Of a DNA stretch of 43,731 nt, positions 25,591 through 35,400 are shown one piece after another. The notes beneath the pieces are model-generated. The model worked only from the letters and a program-made list of their open reading frames with translations, was not told the DNA's origin and searched no databases. Every line of letters begins with the position of its first letter. The first letter of the stretch is position 1. Where the stretch lies: positions 1 to 43,731 of the IMG/VR virus record IMGVR_UViG_3300031519_000050; one strand, given 5' to 3'. Origin of the DNA: a virus. Its lineage: Duplodnaviria; Caudoviricetes. The translations under genes and the position numbers were made by a program.

Positions 25591-27858
25591 ATGAGTAGAC
25601 TTAATGTAAATAGTGTTAACCCACACGATGGAATAAAGGTTTCCATAACAGGATCAACCAATGGAGGAGTTGTCATCAGCGGATCAGGTGATAATGTAAC
25701 AAATCCGCTATTGGCTGTTGAAGGTACAATTTCAGCATCTGGAAATTTAACTGCATCAAATGCGTTCTTCAGTGGAGATATTCACGGTGTAGGAAATATA
25801 TATGTACAGGGACATGCAACCTTAAGTGCATATACTGCAGGAGGAATCCAATTAGGAGATACCAATACCGATAATGTGACATTTGGTGCTGATATAAACT
25901 CATCAATCATACCAAACATAAACAATACATATGATCTAGGTTCAGACGCACAAGAATGGAGAGACATATATGTTGAAAGAATAGGATATATTGATACTAT
26001 TACCCAAGATGATGCATCAACAACCAATACATTTAAAGGTGATTCTCAATTCATGGACGATGCTGGAGCAATTTCATTATTTGTTCATTCTGCAGATGGA
26101 AATATTGGAGTAAAGGTTGCAGATCCTAATCAAGAATTAGAAGTAGCAGGTAGAATTTCATCTAGTTTACAACTTTCTGTTGGAAACAGTGGTAATGAAA
26201 TCGGACACATTACTGGTTCAGGAAATCTTGTAATATCAGGAACTGCAGTATTTTTATCAGGAATTGAAACAACACACGTAACTGCATCCGGACAAATAAG
26301 TTCAAGCGGAACAAGTGGTAATTATTTTGGCGGAACTATTTACCTTGACACAACTGAGGCAATAGCTACTAAAGGTACAACAAATTCGAAAATTCAAATG
26401 AATACGGGACAAGTCAGACTTTTTGGAAACCACGCATCTCATGCCGATATTACGATAGGAAATGGATCAGGAAATGGAGGAGTAGTAATAAACGAATCTG
26501 GACAAGACCAAGACTTTAGAATAGAAGGAAATACAGACGCAAATTTATTGTTTGTAGATGCAGGAGCAGATAAAATAGCAATAGGAACAGCAACAGTTGG
26601 TAATTCATTATTAACTGTGGATGGCGATTTAACAGCAACCCACATAACAGCTTCAGGTAATATTAGTGCATCAGGAACTATATATGCAGATAATTTTGAA
26701 TCAACAGGAGGAGATTCAGCAGGAATTTCCTTTACAGATGACATGATAGTTACAGGTAACATAACAGCTTCAGGAAATATTAGTTCAAGTGGAGATGGTT
26801 CATTTACAGGAACTTTAACTGCAGATGGAAATGTAGATTTTAATGGAAATTTAGATGTAGATGGAATAACAAATCTAGATGTCGTTGATATTGATGATGA
26901 AGTTGACATGAACAAAAGTCTATCTGTAAGGCTAAACATAACAGCATCAGGTAATATAAGTTCAAGTGGTAATATATATTCACAAACTTCTAGAACTATA
27001 GGTAATGTAGAAGTAGGAGGAGAAGCACAATTTGGAAGTACTGGTTTCCAAGTTGACCCCCCATCAACAGTATATGTTACAGGAGATATAACAGCAACCA
27101 CAAACATAACAGCTTCAGGAAATATAAGCTCAAGTGGAGACGTATATGCAGAATCTATAATACTTCCCTTTGGTCAAGCTGTAAATTGGGGAGCTCATGA
27201 TGGAAATCATATTAGTGTAGATAGTGGTACTGGTAATATTATATTTGATACTTTACCTGTTCAAATAGGTAATGGATTAAATGTTACCGGAACACTCGGT
27301 CACATAACAGCCTCAGGAAATATAAGCTCAAGCGGAACAGTATTTGGTGAAACATTAAGAGTAGGAGCTGGAAATAGTATTATTGATGGTAATGTTAAAT
27401 TTAATGGTGGTATAGTAAGACCATTAAAATCAATCACAGCAGACACAGTTTTAGATGCTACAGCAGGAGTATTTGCAGATGCGGGTAAAACAATTGTACT
27501 TAATAAAGCAGATGGTGCAGTAGTTACTTTACCAGCAGCAGTAGGATCAGGAAATGTATATAATTTCTTTGTAGCAACCGCAATTACTTCTAATAGTTAC
27601 ATAATTAAAGTAGCAGATTCAACAGACACATTTATAGGAGCAGTACATATGATGGATGCAGATGATGATTCACAAACATCAATAACCGCAAAAGGTACAG
27701 ATGATACTTTAACTATGAATGGTGGTACAACAGGAGGTGTATTATTAGGAGATACTTTAACATTTACAGACATAGCTACAAACAAATATGTAGTACAAGG
27801 AAATCTGATAGTACCTGCAGGTTCTAATCCAGCAGATCCATTCTCAGCTACCGTATAA
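25591..27858 (+). CDS. tail/head fibre protein with [NH]ITASGNISSSG repeats
   Basis: Multiple ITASG[NQ]IS[AS]SG repeats and a distinct C-terminal domain (VVTLPAA...NGGTTGG...PFSATV). Confidence 0.8.
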   Translation: MSRLNVNSVNPHDGIKVSITGSTNGGVVISGSGDNVTNPLLAVEGTISASGNLTASNAFFSGDIHGVGNIYVQGHATLSAYTAGGIQLGDTNTDNVTFGADINSSIIPNINNTYDLGSDAQEWRDIYVERIGYIDTITQDDASTTNTFKGDSQFMDDAGAISLFVHSADGNIGVKVADPNQELEVAGRISSSLQLSVGNSGNEIGHITGSGNLVISGTAVFLSGIETTHVTASGQISSSGTSGNYFGGTIYLDTTEAIATKGTTNSKIQMNTGQVRLFGNHASHADITIGNGSGNGGVVINESGQDQDFRIEGNTDANLLFVDAGADKIAIGTATVGNSLLTVDGDLTATHITASGNISASGTIYADNFESTGGDSAGISFTDDMIVTGNITASGNISSSGDGSFTGTLTADGNVDFNGNLDVDGITNLDVVDIDDEVDMNKSLSVRLNITASGNISSSGNIYSQTSRTIGNVEVGGEAQFGSTGFQVDPPSTVYVTGDITATTNITASGNISSSGDVYAESIILPFGQAVNWGAHDGNHISVDSGTGNIIFDTLPVQIGNGLNVTGTLGHITASGNISSSGTVFGETLRVGAGNSIIDGNVKFNGGIVRPLKSITADTVLDATAGVFADAGKTIVLNKADGAVVTLPAAVGSGNVYNFFVATAITSNSYIIKVADSTDTFIGAVHMMDADDDSQTSITAKGTDDTLTMNGGTTGGVLLGDTLTFTDIATNKYVVQGNLIVPAGSNPADPFSATV

Positions 27859-27891
27859 TAAGACAATAATTAAAACAATAAAGGTTGCAAT

Positions 27892-28281
27892 ATGGCAAGA
27901 AGAATCAAACAAATAAATGGATACAGGAGCGGCTTTGAAAACAAGGTCGCTTCTGCACTATCCGAACAAAAGGTTAATTTCAAATACGAGGTTACACAAA
28001 TAAAATATATAAAACCTCAAACAAGTCATAAATACACTGTAGACTTTACACTTCCTAATGGTATCTTAATTGAAACCAAAGGACGATGGACGTTTGAAGA
28101 TCGCAAAAAACATCTATTAATAAAAGACCAGCATCCAAAATTAGATATTAGATTTGTTTTCCAAAACCCAAAGGGCAAAATAAGAAAAGGATCCAAAACT
28201 TCATACTCAGATTTTTGTGACAAACACAACATTCCTTGGGCAGATAAGTTTATACCTGAATCCTGGTTATCCGAAAAATAA
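27892..28281 (+). CDS. T7 endonuclease I-like Holliday junction resolvase
   Basis: GYRSGFE, YTVDFTLPNGILIETKGRW, HPKLDIRFVF and IPESWL motifs. Confidence 0.93.
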   Translation: MARRIKQINGYRSGFENKVASALSEQKVNFKYEVTQIKYIKPQTSHKYTVDFTLPNGILIETKGRWTFEDRKKHLLIKDQHPKLDIRFVFQNPKGKIRKGSKTSYSDFCDKHNIPWADKFIPESWLSEK

Positions 28282-28290
28282 TACCTCAGA

Positions 28291-28323
28291 TTTTACCAGT
28301 TAAAGAATTTTTATTATATTATA
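28291..28323 (+). promoter_or_regulatory. putative early/middle promoter TTTTACC-N16-TTATATTATA
   Basis: Second copy of the motif, ending 6 nt before the primase ATG. Confidence 0.7.
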
Positions 28324-28329
28324 CCTATA

Positions 28330-29250
28330 ATGGGTAACTTACGAGCACTACAACTATTGGAACAGGTACTAGGCAAATCTAGGCACAATAATCATACTGG
28401 AGAAGTAGGGTTTTATTGTCCGTTTTGTAAACATCAAAAGATGAAATTTAACATTCATGTGGAAACAGAAAAATGGCAATGCTGGGTATGTAGTGCAAAG
28501 GGTAGAACTATTGTTTCACTATTTCGAAAACTACAAGTTTCTCAGGACATTATGTCTAGACTTTCCAGCATAATAGGTAAAAAAATACTAGCAACAAGTT
28601 CTAAAAATTACGATACACTAGCTCTTCCTGTAGAATACGTTCCGCTATATCTTGCAAACATGTCAAGCCCTGAATATAGGAATGCAATGCAATACCTGAC
28701 TAATCGTGGAATATCTAGAAATGAAATACTTAGAAATGGTATTGGATATTGTGAAAATGGTAGATATGGAGGAATGATTATTATACCAAGTTATGATTCA
28801 GATGGAAATCTTAATTTTTTCACCGGCCGAAGTTATTATAGGGATGCAAAATACAAGCATAATAATCCTAGAGTTAGTAAAGACGTAATTGGTTTTGACA
28901 TATTTATTAATTGGGATGAGCCAATAACTATTGTTGAAGGCGCATTCGATGCGATAGCAGCAGGTACGAATGCAATTCCACTATTCGGTAAACTAATGTT
29001 AGATCAGCTAAAGTCAAAAATATTAAAAAACAAAGTAAATAGGATAAATATTGCACTAGATACGGACGCACTCGGCCATTCATTAAAAATGGCGCAATAT
29101 TTTATGAACCTAGACAAAGAAGTACATATTATAGACCTTGGAGAAAAAGATCCAAGTGAAATGGGAAATGATGGGTTTCAACATTTAATTGATACATCAT
29201 CCCCCTTAACGTTTGAAAAAATAATGGAGTATAAGTTTATATGCAAATAG
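28330..29250 (+). CDS. DNA primase (zinc-binding + TOPRIM)
   Basis: CPFC...WQCWVC zinc domain, IIIPSYD..FTGRS, and TOPRIM IVEGAFDA...ALDTDA...KDPSE. Confidence 0.9.
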   Translation: MGNLRALQLLEQVLGKSRHNNHTGEVGFYCPFCKHQKMKFNIHVETEKWQCWVCSAKGRTIVSLFRKLQVSQDIMSRLSSIIGKKILATSSKNYDTLALPVEYVPLYLANMSSPEYRNAMQYLTNRGISRNEILRNGIGYCENGRYGGMIIIPSYDSDGNLNFFTGRSYYRDAKYKHNNPRVSKDVIGFDIFINWDEPITIVEGAFDAIAAGTNAIPLFGKLMLDQLKSKILKNKVNRINIALDTDALGHSLKMAQYFMNLDKEVHIIDLGEKDPSEMGNDGFQHLIDTSSPLTFEKIMEYKFICK

Positions 29251-32200
29251 ACATTGGATTAGAAAGAGTAGAAAAAATTCTACACGTTGCTGATATACAT
29301 ATTAGAAATTTTAAAAGGCACAAAGAATATAGGCAAGTATTCAGAAAACTATATAAAGACGCAAAACAGCTACCAAAGAATAGTTTAATCTATGTTGCTG
29401 GAGATATTGTACATACAAAAACTGATATTAGCCCAGAACTAATTGAGCTAACTTCAGAATTTCTTAGAAAGCTAGCAGATATTAGGCCTACTATTGTAAT
29501 TACTGGTAATCATGATGCAAACTTGAATAATTCAAGTAGATTAGACGCACTTACTCCAATAATTGACAACCTTAACCACCCAAACCTCCACTATTTAAAA
29601 GATAGTGGAATATACAGAGTTTGTGATATAGATTTTATAGTCATGTCTGTATTCAATGACCCTAAGGACTTCCCAGATGCAACGAAGGCAACCGGCATTA
29701 AAATAGGTTTACATCATGGTCCTGTGCATAATTCAGTTACAGATATTGGATATGTTGTGAATAATGAAAGCTTAAAACAGTCTGTGTTTACAGGTTGTGA
29801 TTTGGTTATGTTGGGAGACATTCACAAAAGGCAGTATTTGAATGAGAATAAAACAGTTGCATATGCAGGCTCCCTTATTCAACAGAACTTTGGAGAAACT
29901 TTTGAGAATCATGGTTATATGCTTTGGGACATGGAAACACGAACAGCAGATTTTGTCGATATTGCAAATGATTATGGATATTATACTATAGAAATGGTTG
30001 ATGGTATATTACCAAATATTGATAACATACCTAAGTATCCAAGGTTAAGAATTAAAACAACTAACACCAGTCAAGCAGAAGTAAAACAGGCAATTGTTGA
30101 AGTTAGAAAAAAGTCAAAGGTACAAGATATAATCGTCATAAAAACCGACAGATTAGCAAACATATCTAATAATTCTAAAAGTGCTATTGAAATAACTAAA
30201 GACATTAGGGATCCAAATTATCAAAATGAACTTATTGTAGACTACTTAGAACGAAATTACGATCTAGACTCAGAATTATTAAATAGGATTAGGAAAATAA
30301 ATAGGTCTTTAAACTCACTTTTACCAGACGTGGAAATAAGTAGAAACGTTAGTTGGAAACCAAAGATCTTTACCTTTTCAAATATGTTTAGTTATGGTGA
30401 AGATAATAAAATTAACTTTCAAAACATGAATGGAACAGTTGGCATCTTTGCACCAAATCACGCAGGAAAGTCTGCAATACTAGATGCATTAGCATATTGC
30501 CTATTTGATAAATGTTCTAGAACAAAGTCAGCATCCGAAGTTATGAACACGACGAAATCAGATTTTATTTGCACCTTTAATTTTGAAATAGATGGGATAG
30601 ATTATTTTATTGAAAGAAAGGCAAAAAAGTCTCACACTGGACATGTAAGAGTTGATGTTGATTTTTGGATGATTGATGAAGCAGGAGAAAAAGTTTCATT
30701 AAACGGAGAACAGCGAGTATATACAAATAGAAATATTAGAGGATATTTAGGGTATTATGAGGATTTCGTACTAACTGCACTTTCATTACAAAACAATAAT
30801 ACTGGATTTATAGATAAAAGCCAAGTTGAGAAAAAAGACCTATTAGCCCAGTTTTTAGATATAACTGTATTTGAGGAATTATACCGAGTAGCAAATGAAG
30901 AAATAAAAGAGGTAGAAGTTCTACTAAAACAATTTAAAGACTTTGACTTTAGTACGCAGTTGATTGATTCCGAGGAAAAGTTAAAAGACTACCAAATAGA
31001 ATATTCTGAATTAGAAAAAATAAAGGATTCAATTGAAACAAACCGAAAAAAGTTAAATGAAAGCATATTGAATCAAAATTCTAATTTAATAAAATTAGAT
31101 AGTATAGGCGATATTAAAGATTTAGCAGTGGAAAAACAATCTATAGAATCGGCAATAACGGACGCAGAAGCAAGATTAGATAAGTACAATACATATTATA
31201 GTACAAATACTCCACGACTCCGACAACTCACACAATTAGAAAAGAAATTTAATCTAGATGACATAACAGACAGGGTAAACAAATTAACTTTGTCTAGAAA
31301 TGAACAATCAAAAATAAAGGCAGAACTTAATACTTTAAAAATAAAGGTTAACCATAAATTAGACAAATTAAAGGCAATTGGTCAATTTGATCCCAACTGT
31401 GATTTTTGTAAAAGTACTCCTTTTGTTCAAAGTGCATTCAAGGTTGAACAAGAACTTACAGATGATAAAATTTCAGTAAATAGGTTATTGGAGCGACAAG
31501 CAAAGGTTGATTCTTTAATAGTTATCTTAGAACCCGTAGAGCTTGAACACCAAGAATTAAGGCGGCTAGACATAGAACATGTAAAATTATCTTCTTACCA
31601 GGCAGAAATAAAACTAAAGCGTGTACAGCGAAAATCAGAACTTCGTGAAAAGAATAGAACGCTAGTGGCAATTGATAAGCAAATTGAAAAGTATTACCAA
31701 AATGAAGAAAACATCAGGAGTAATGCTACCACTCAGAAAAAAATAGATTTATTAAACATACAATTGGATGATGTATTAGAAGAACAATCTACTACTACAA
31801 ATAATTTACAACAGGCATTTAGTAATATTTCAGTTGCAACAAAAACCATAGAATCTATAACAAGTTCGATAGAACAAGCTCATGATCTAGAAGAAAAATA
31901 CAAGGCGTATGAATATTACTTAAATTCAATTCAAAGAAATGGCGTACCATATGAATTAGTTTCAAATATTTTACCATATATACAAGAAGAAGTAAATACT
32001 ATTTTATCACAAATAGTTGACTTTACTATTGAATTTGATGTAGACGGAAAAAATATCAATACACAAATATGTTACGGTGATAGTAAACGCTGGCCACTTG
32101 AATTGACATCGGGAATGGAAAAGTTTATTAGTTCCCTTGCAATACGAGTAGGCCTAATAAACGTTTCTAATTTACCGAGACCAAACTTTTTAGCGATTGA

Positions 32201-32381
32201 CGAAGGATTTGGAAATTTAGATACAAATAACTTAAATTCTATTTTCATGTTGTTTGATTATTTGAAAACCGAATTTGAATATATAGTTGTGATTAGCCAT
32301 ATTGACCTAATGCGAGACGTCACAGATAATTTATTAGAAATAAGCAAAGAACAAGGACTATCTAAGGTACTCTATAACTAA
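29241..32381 (+). CDS. fused SbcD(Mre11/gp47)-SbcC(Rad50/gp46) recombination nuclease
   Basis: Phosphoesterase motifs HVADIH, AGDIVH, TGNHD and GDIH. Walker A APNHAGKS, coiled coil with CDFC zinc hook, signature TSGMEK, Walker B AIDEGFGNLD and ISH. Confidence 0.93.
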   Translation: MQIDIGLERVEKILHVADIHIRNFKRHKEYRQVFRKLYKDAKQLPKNSLIYVAGDIVHTKTDISPELIELTSEFLRKLADIRPTIVITGNHDANLNNSSRLDALTPIIDNLNHPNLHYLKDSGIYRVCDIDFIVMSVFNDPKDFPDATKATGIKIGLHHGPVHNSVTDIGYVVNNESLKQSVFTGCDLVMLGDIHKRQYLNENKTVAYAGSLIQQNFGETFENHGYMLWDMETRTADFVDIANDYGYYTIEMVDGILPNIDNIPKYPRLRIKTTNTSQAEVKQAIVEVRKKSKVQDIIVIKTDRLANISNNSKSAIEITKDIRDPNYQNELIVDYLERNYDLDSELLNRIRKINRSLNSLLPDVEISRNVSWKPKIFTFSNMFSYGEDNKINFQNMNGTVGIFAPNHAGKSAILDALAYCLFDKCSRTKSASEVMNTTKSDFICTFNFEIDGIDYFIERKAKKSHTGHVRVDVDFWMIDEAGEKVSLNGEQRVYTNRNIRGYLGYYEDFVLTALSLQNNNTGFIDKSQVEKKDLLAQFLDITVFEELYRVANEEIKEVEVLLKQFKDFDFSTQLIDSEEKLKDYQIEYSELEKIKDSIETNRKKLNESILNQNSNLIKLDSIGDIKDLAVEKQSIESAITDAEARLDKYNTYYSTNTPRLRQLTQLEKKFNLDDITDRVNKLTLSRNEQSKIKAELNTLKIKVNHKLDKLKAIGQFDPNCDFCKSTPFVQSAFKVEQELTDDKISVNRLLERQAKVDSLIVILEPVELEHQELRRLDIEHVKLSSYQAEIKLKRVQRKSELREKNRTLVAIDKQIEKYYQNEENIRSNATTQKKIDLLNIQLDDVLEEQSTTTNNLQQAFSNISVATKTIESITSSIEQAHDLEEKYKAYEYYLNSIQRNGVPYELVSNILPYIQEEVNTILSQIVDFTIEFDVDGKNINTQICYGDSKRWPLELTSGMEKFISSLAIRVGLINVSNLPRPNFLAIDEGFGNLDTNNLNSIFMLFDYLKTEFEYIVVISHIDLMRDVTDNLLEISKEQGLSKVLYN

Positions 32382-32396
32382 TTCAACACTTCAGCT

Positions 32397-32407
32397 ATAT
32401 TTATATA
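32397..32407 (+). promoter_or_regulatory. putative late promoter motif
   Basis: ATATTTATATA in the gap before the giant fibre gene. Confidence 0.65.
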
Positions 32408-32444
32408 TGGTATAAAAGTTTAATTATAATGGAGACTTTATTTA

Positions 32445-35400
32445 GTGGCTACAATACAAAGAACATTCAAGGATCCTGCTTTACAAAATCCTTTGAAATA
32501 CCTTGGTTACGATTCTATTCCTGTTGAAATAGAAGACGGAGGAACATCAGAGAATTATTTTAACGTACAAGGAATAGGATCCGAACTACACGCAGGTAAA
32601 AATATATTCTATATTAAGCCTGATTCTGAAACACTGATTGACAATGCGGAAATTGGTGTTGAGGTATTAGATGCAAACGGTGACCTGGTACCAGTAAGAT
32701 TATTAGATAATAGAAAAAGTGATGGTTCAATTGGACTAGTAATCGAAGTCGATGAAACTAGACCAAAAGGATATGGTCAAATAACCCTTGTATCAGTTGC
32801 ACGAGGCCAAGTAATAGGTGCAAGACTTCAGCCGCTTAGAAATACTGACAATTTTAATATTAGATGGGCAAAGAGAGTATACCTTAACAGGGATGGATTA
32901 AATACTTCTGAAATAACATATATTAGTCCTCCTAGTATTGAAGTGGCAGAATTAAAATTACCATATTATATTAGCCATTTTAACACTGAGCTAACAGCAT
33001 CGTTATCATCGGCACTTACATCAGCAAACCCAACAATAGTAAACGAAATAACTTGTTCAATATACCAGCTATCTTCATCGTTTAATACTGCAGCAAAAAT
33101 ATCATATGAAAAACAGCGAGAACAAATATACCTAGAACTCACAGGATCTGACTTTGGTGGTTTTGTTTCTGATATGGAAAATGGAACACTATTCTTTGAT
33201 GCATCAAATATTGCCGGAATAGAACCTTCAGCAGCAACATTAAATACAAGGGTTGAAGATGGAGATGGATTTGATGATATTGCGTCAGAAGGTTCATATT
33301 TCACAAGTATATTGCAAGTATTGTCTCCAACTAGAATGCTGGTGTCAAGTCCACATACAACTTTTCAAGGATCAGGCCAAAATCTTCATGAGGTAATGCA
33401 CCAAACATTCCAGCCAAGCAATTTTACACTAACTTGGGCAATGCCACCATATTCTCATAGCAGATATCCAGACAATGAAGGAGATGATACAAAATATCTT
33501 ACATCATACGCAGGAATACAAGTAAGTAATTTAGATCCTTATTCAGGAGACGTGCATAGAATTAAAACATATGTTCGGGCAGAATCAAGGCCTGATGACT
33601 ATGTTATGTGCTCAGACCTAGTTGTAGAATCACAGGAACTATTGATAGTTTCTGAGTCTGAACATTATAATAAGATTAGATTTAAAAATATACCGTGTGG
33701 CAAGTTTGATAGATTAAATTCATCACCAGAATCAAGTGATGTTGGATACTTTGCAAATTATTGGACGTCATCAGCAGTAGGGCTAGACGCACCAAGTTTA
33801 ACAATTGTATCAAGGTCGTATTCAACAGACGACCATACAGATTTTGTTCCAATGAGACCTTCGCTTAGGGTTGGTACACTAGGTGAAGTTTCTCCGTTAG
33901 ATGATAACGTTGGAAGAGACACTTCACAACCAATGAAAACGGTAGAACTAAAGAGTACAGTTTCCGCATCATTCAAACAGGATAAAGTCTATGTATTGGA
34001 GGTTTCTGGATATGTTAAAGGACGAGATCTACTAACAACCTCAGGTAAAAATTCAGGTGTTGTACACGGAATTGGTTCATTTACAGTAGGACTAGGATCT
34101 AAACAACCATTTAAAGTCAATTCCGACAAGCCACAATATCCATGGTCTTATTTACAAGGTGGTGTTATTGCAGGAAAAGGTGTAACTAATCCATTCACAG
34201 TTGCAGAAGGTCCAAATTTGAGTGCACCAAGAATAGATATTTTTGGATTTGGAGAGGCATTTCAAGACGATACAAATAGATTAGGACAAGGAAAACTTAT
34301 TGGAGAAATAAATGACGCACCTCAGCCACAAGGATCCATTGTTGATGTAAAAAAGATAGAAGGATACGGTGGAGTAGATCATGTATTAGAAGTTAATTTA
34401 AGATTCCCGTTCAAGGCAGATGCAAATGCCGTTGGTGAATTTAGATTTGAAATAGAAAGAGGCCTTTGGTATTTTCAAGAAATATCTGTAAAGCCATATC
34501 ATAGAGATGGAGTTACTCCACACCAATATGACTATCTGGTTCCACTTCCTAGAGGATTATCTCACCCAGAAAGGCGAGATGTTTTTGACTTCATGTTTGA
34601 ATTTTATAACATAGAAGGACACATGTGCGCAGAAAAAGTCTATATAGATAATATATGTATGGACAACGAGTATACTCTTGCACCAACAACTGTAATTACT
34701 GATATAATTGACAATGATGGTGGTGATGTGACAATAAACGGACCACTTACAATAACAAATCTCACCAACATCACAAGCTCAATTACATATGATACTTCTT
34801 CTTTAAATATCACACAAACATTTGGCGACATACTAATGTATAACTCAAGTTCAGGCGAAGTCGGACATGTTGAGTTAGGTTGTGGACTTGGATTTATGGA
34901 CAAAGACAATTGTTGCTGCCATCTTCACGGTGATACCAACGTTTATATTTTCATAGACGATACCAGCTTGAACATCACAGGCACTGCTACTGAAACTCCT
35001 AATGTACTAACCAGATATTTAATTCCCAAGTTTGAAAAAGACATGAGGGAAAGGTACCCTTACTGGAAAGGAAATATCTACGTTGGTACTGGACATCACG
35101 GACAAACTAGAGAGCGATGGTTATCTTGGATGTCTTGGCCAGCAGTAGGAAATCAACAAATAGATAATAGTGGTATAGGACAAGGTATTACTGGTAGTAT
35201 GGAATCCGTTAAATGGCAAGCAAACGCAGCCGAAACTAGTGAACTAAACGGCACTTATCTTGGATCAGACGACTTTGAAGCGTATGGCTATAGAACATCT
35301 GAGTATTATTTAGAAAATGCTCCAATAATAAAGGATGGACGTCCTGATAATAATGTTATTGTGTTTGCAATTGTTGATGAAACCAATACCGCGTACCATG

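Noticed and set aside
28330-32381. Inteins or self-splicing introns in replication genes
   Set aside because: Primase and SbcCD lengths are explained by their domains. No Hint or homing-endonuclease motifs or frame breaks were seen.
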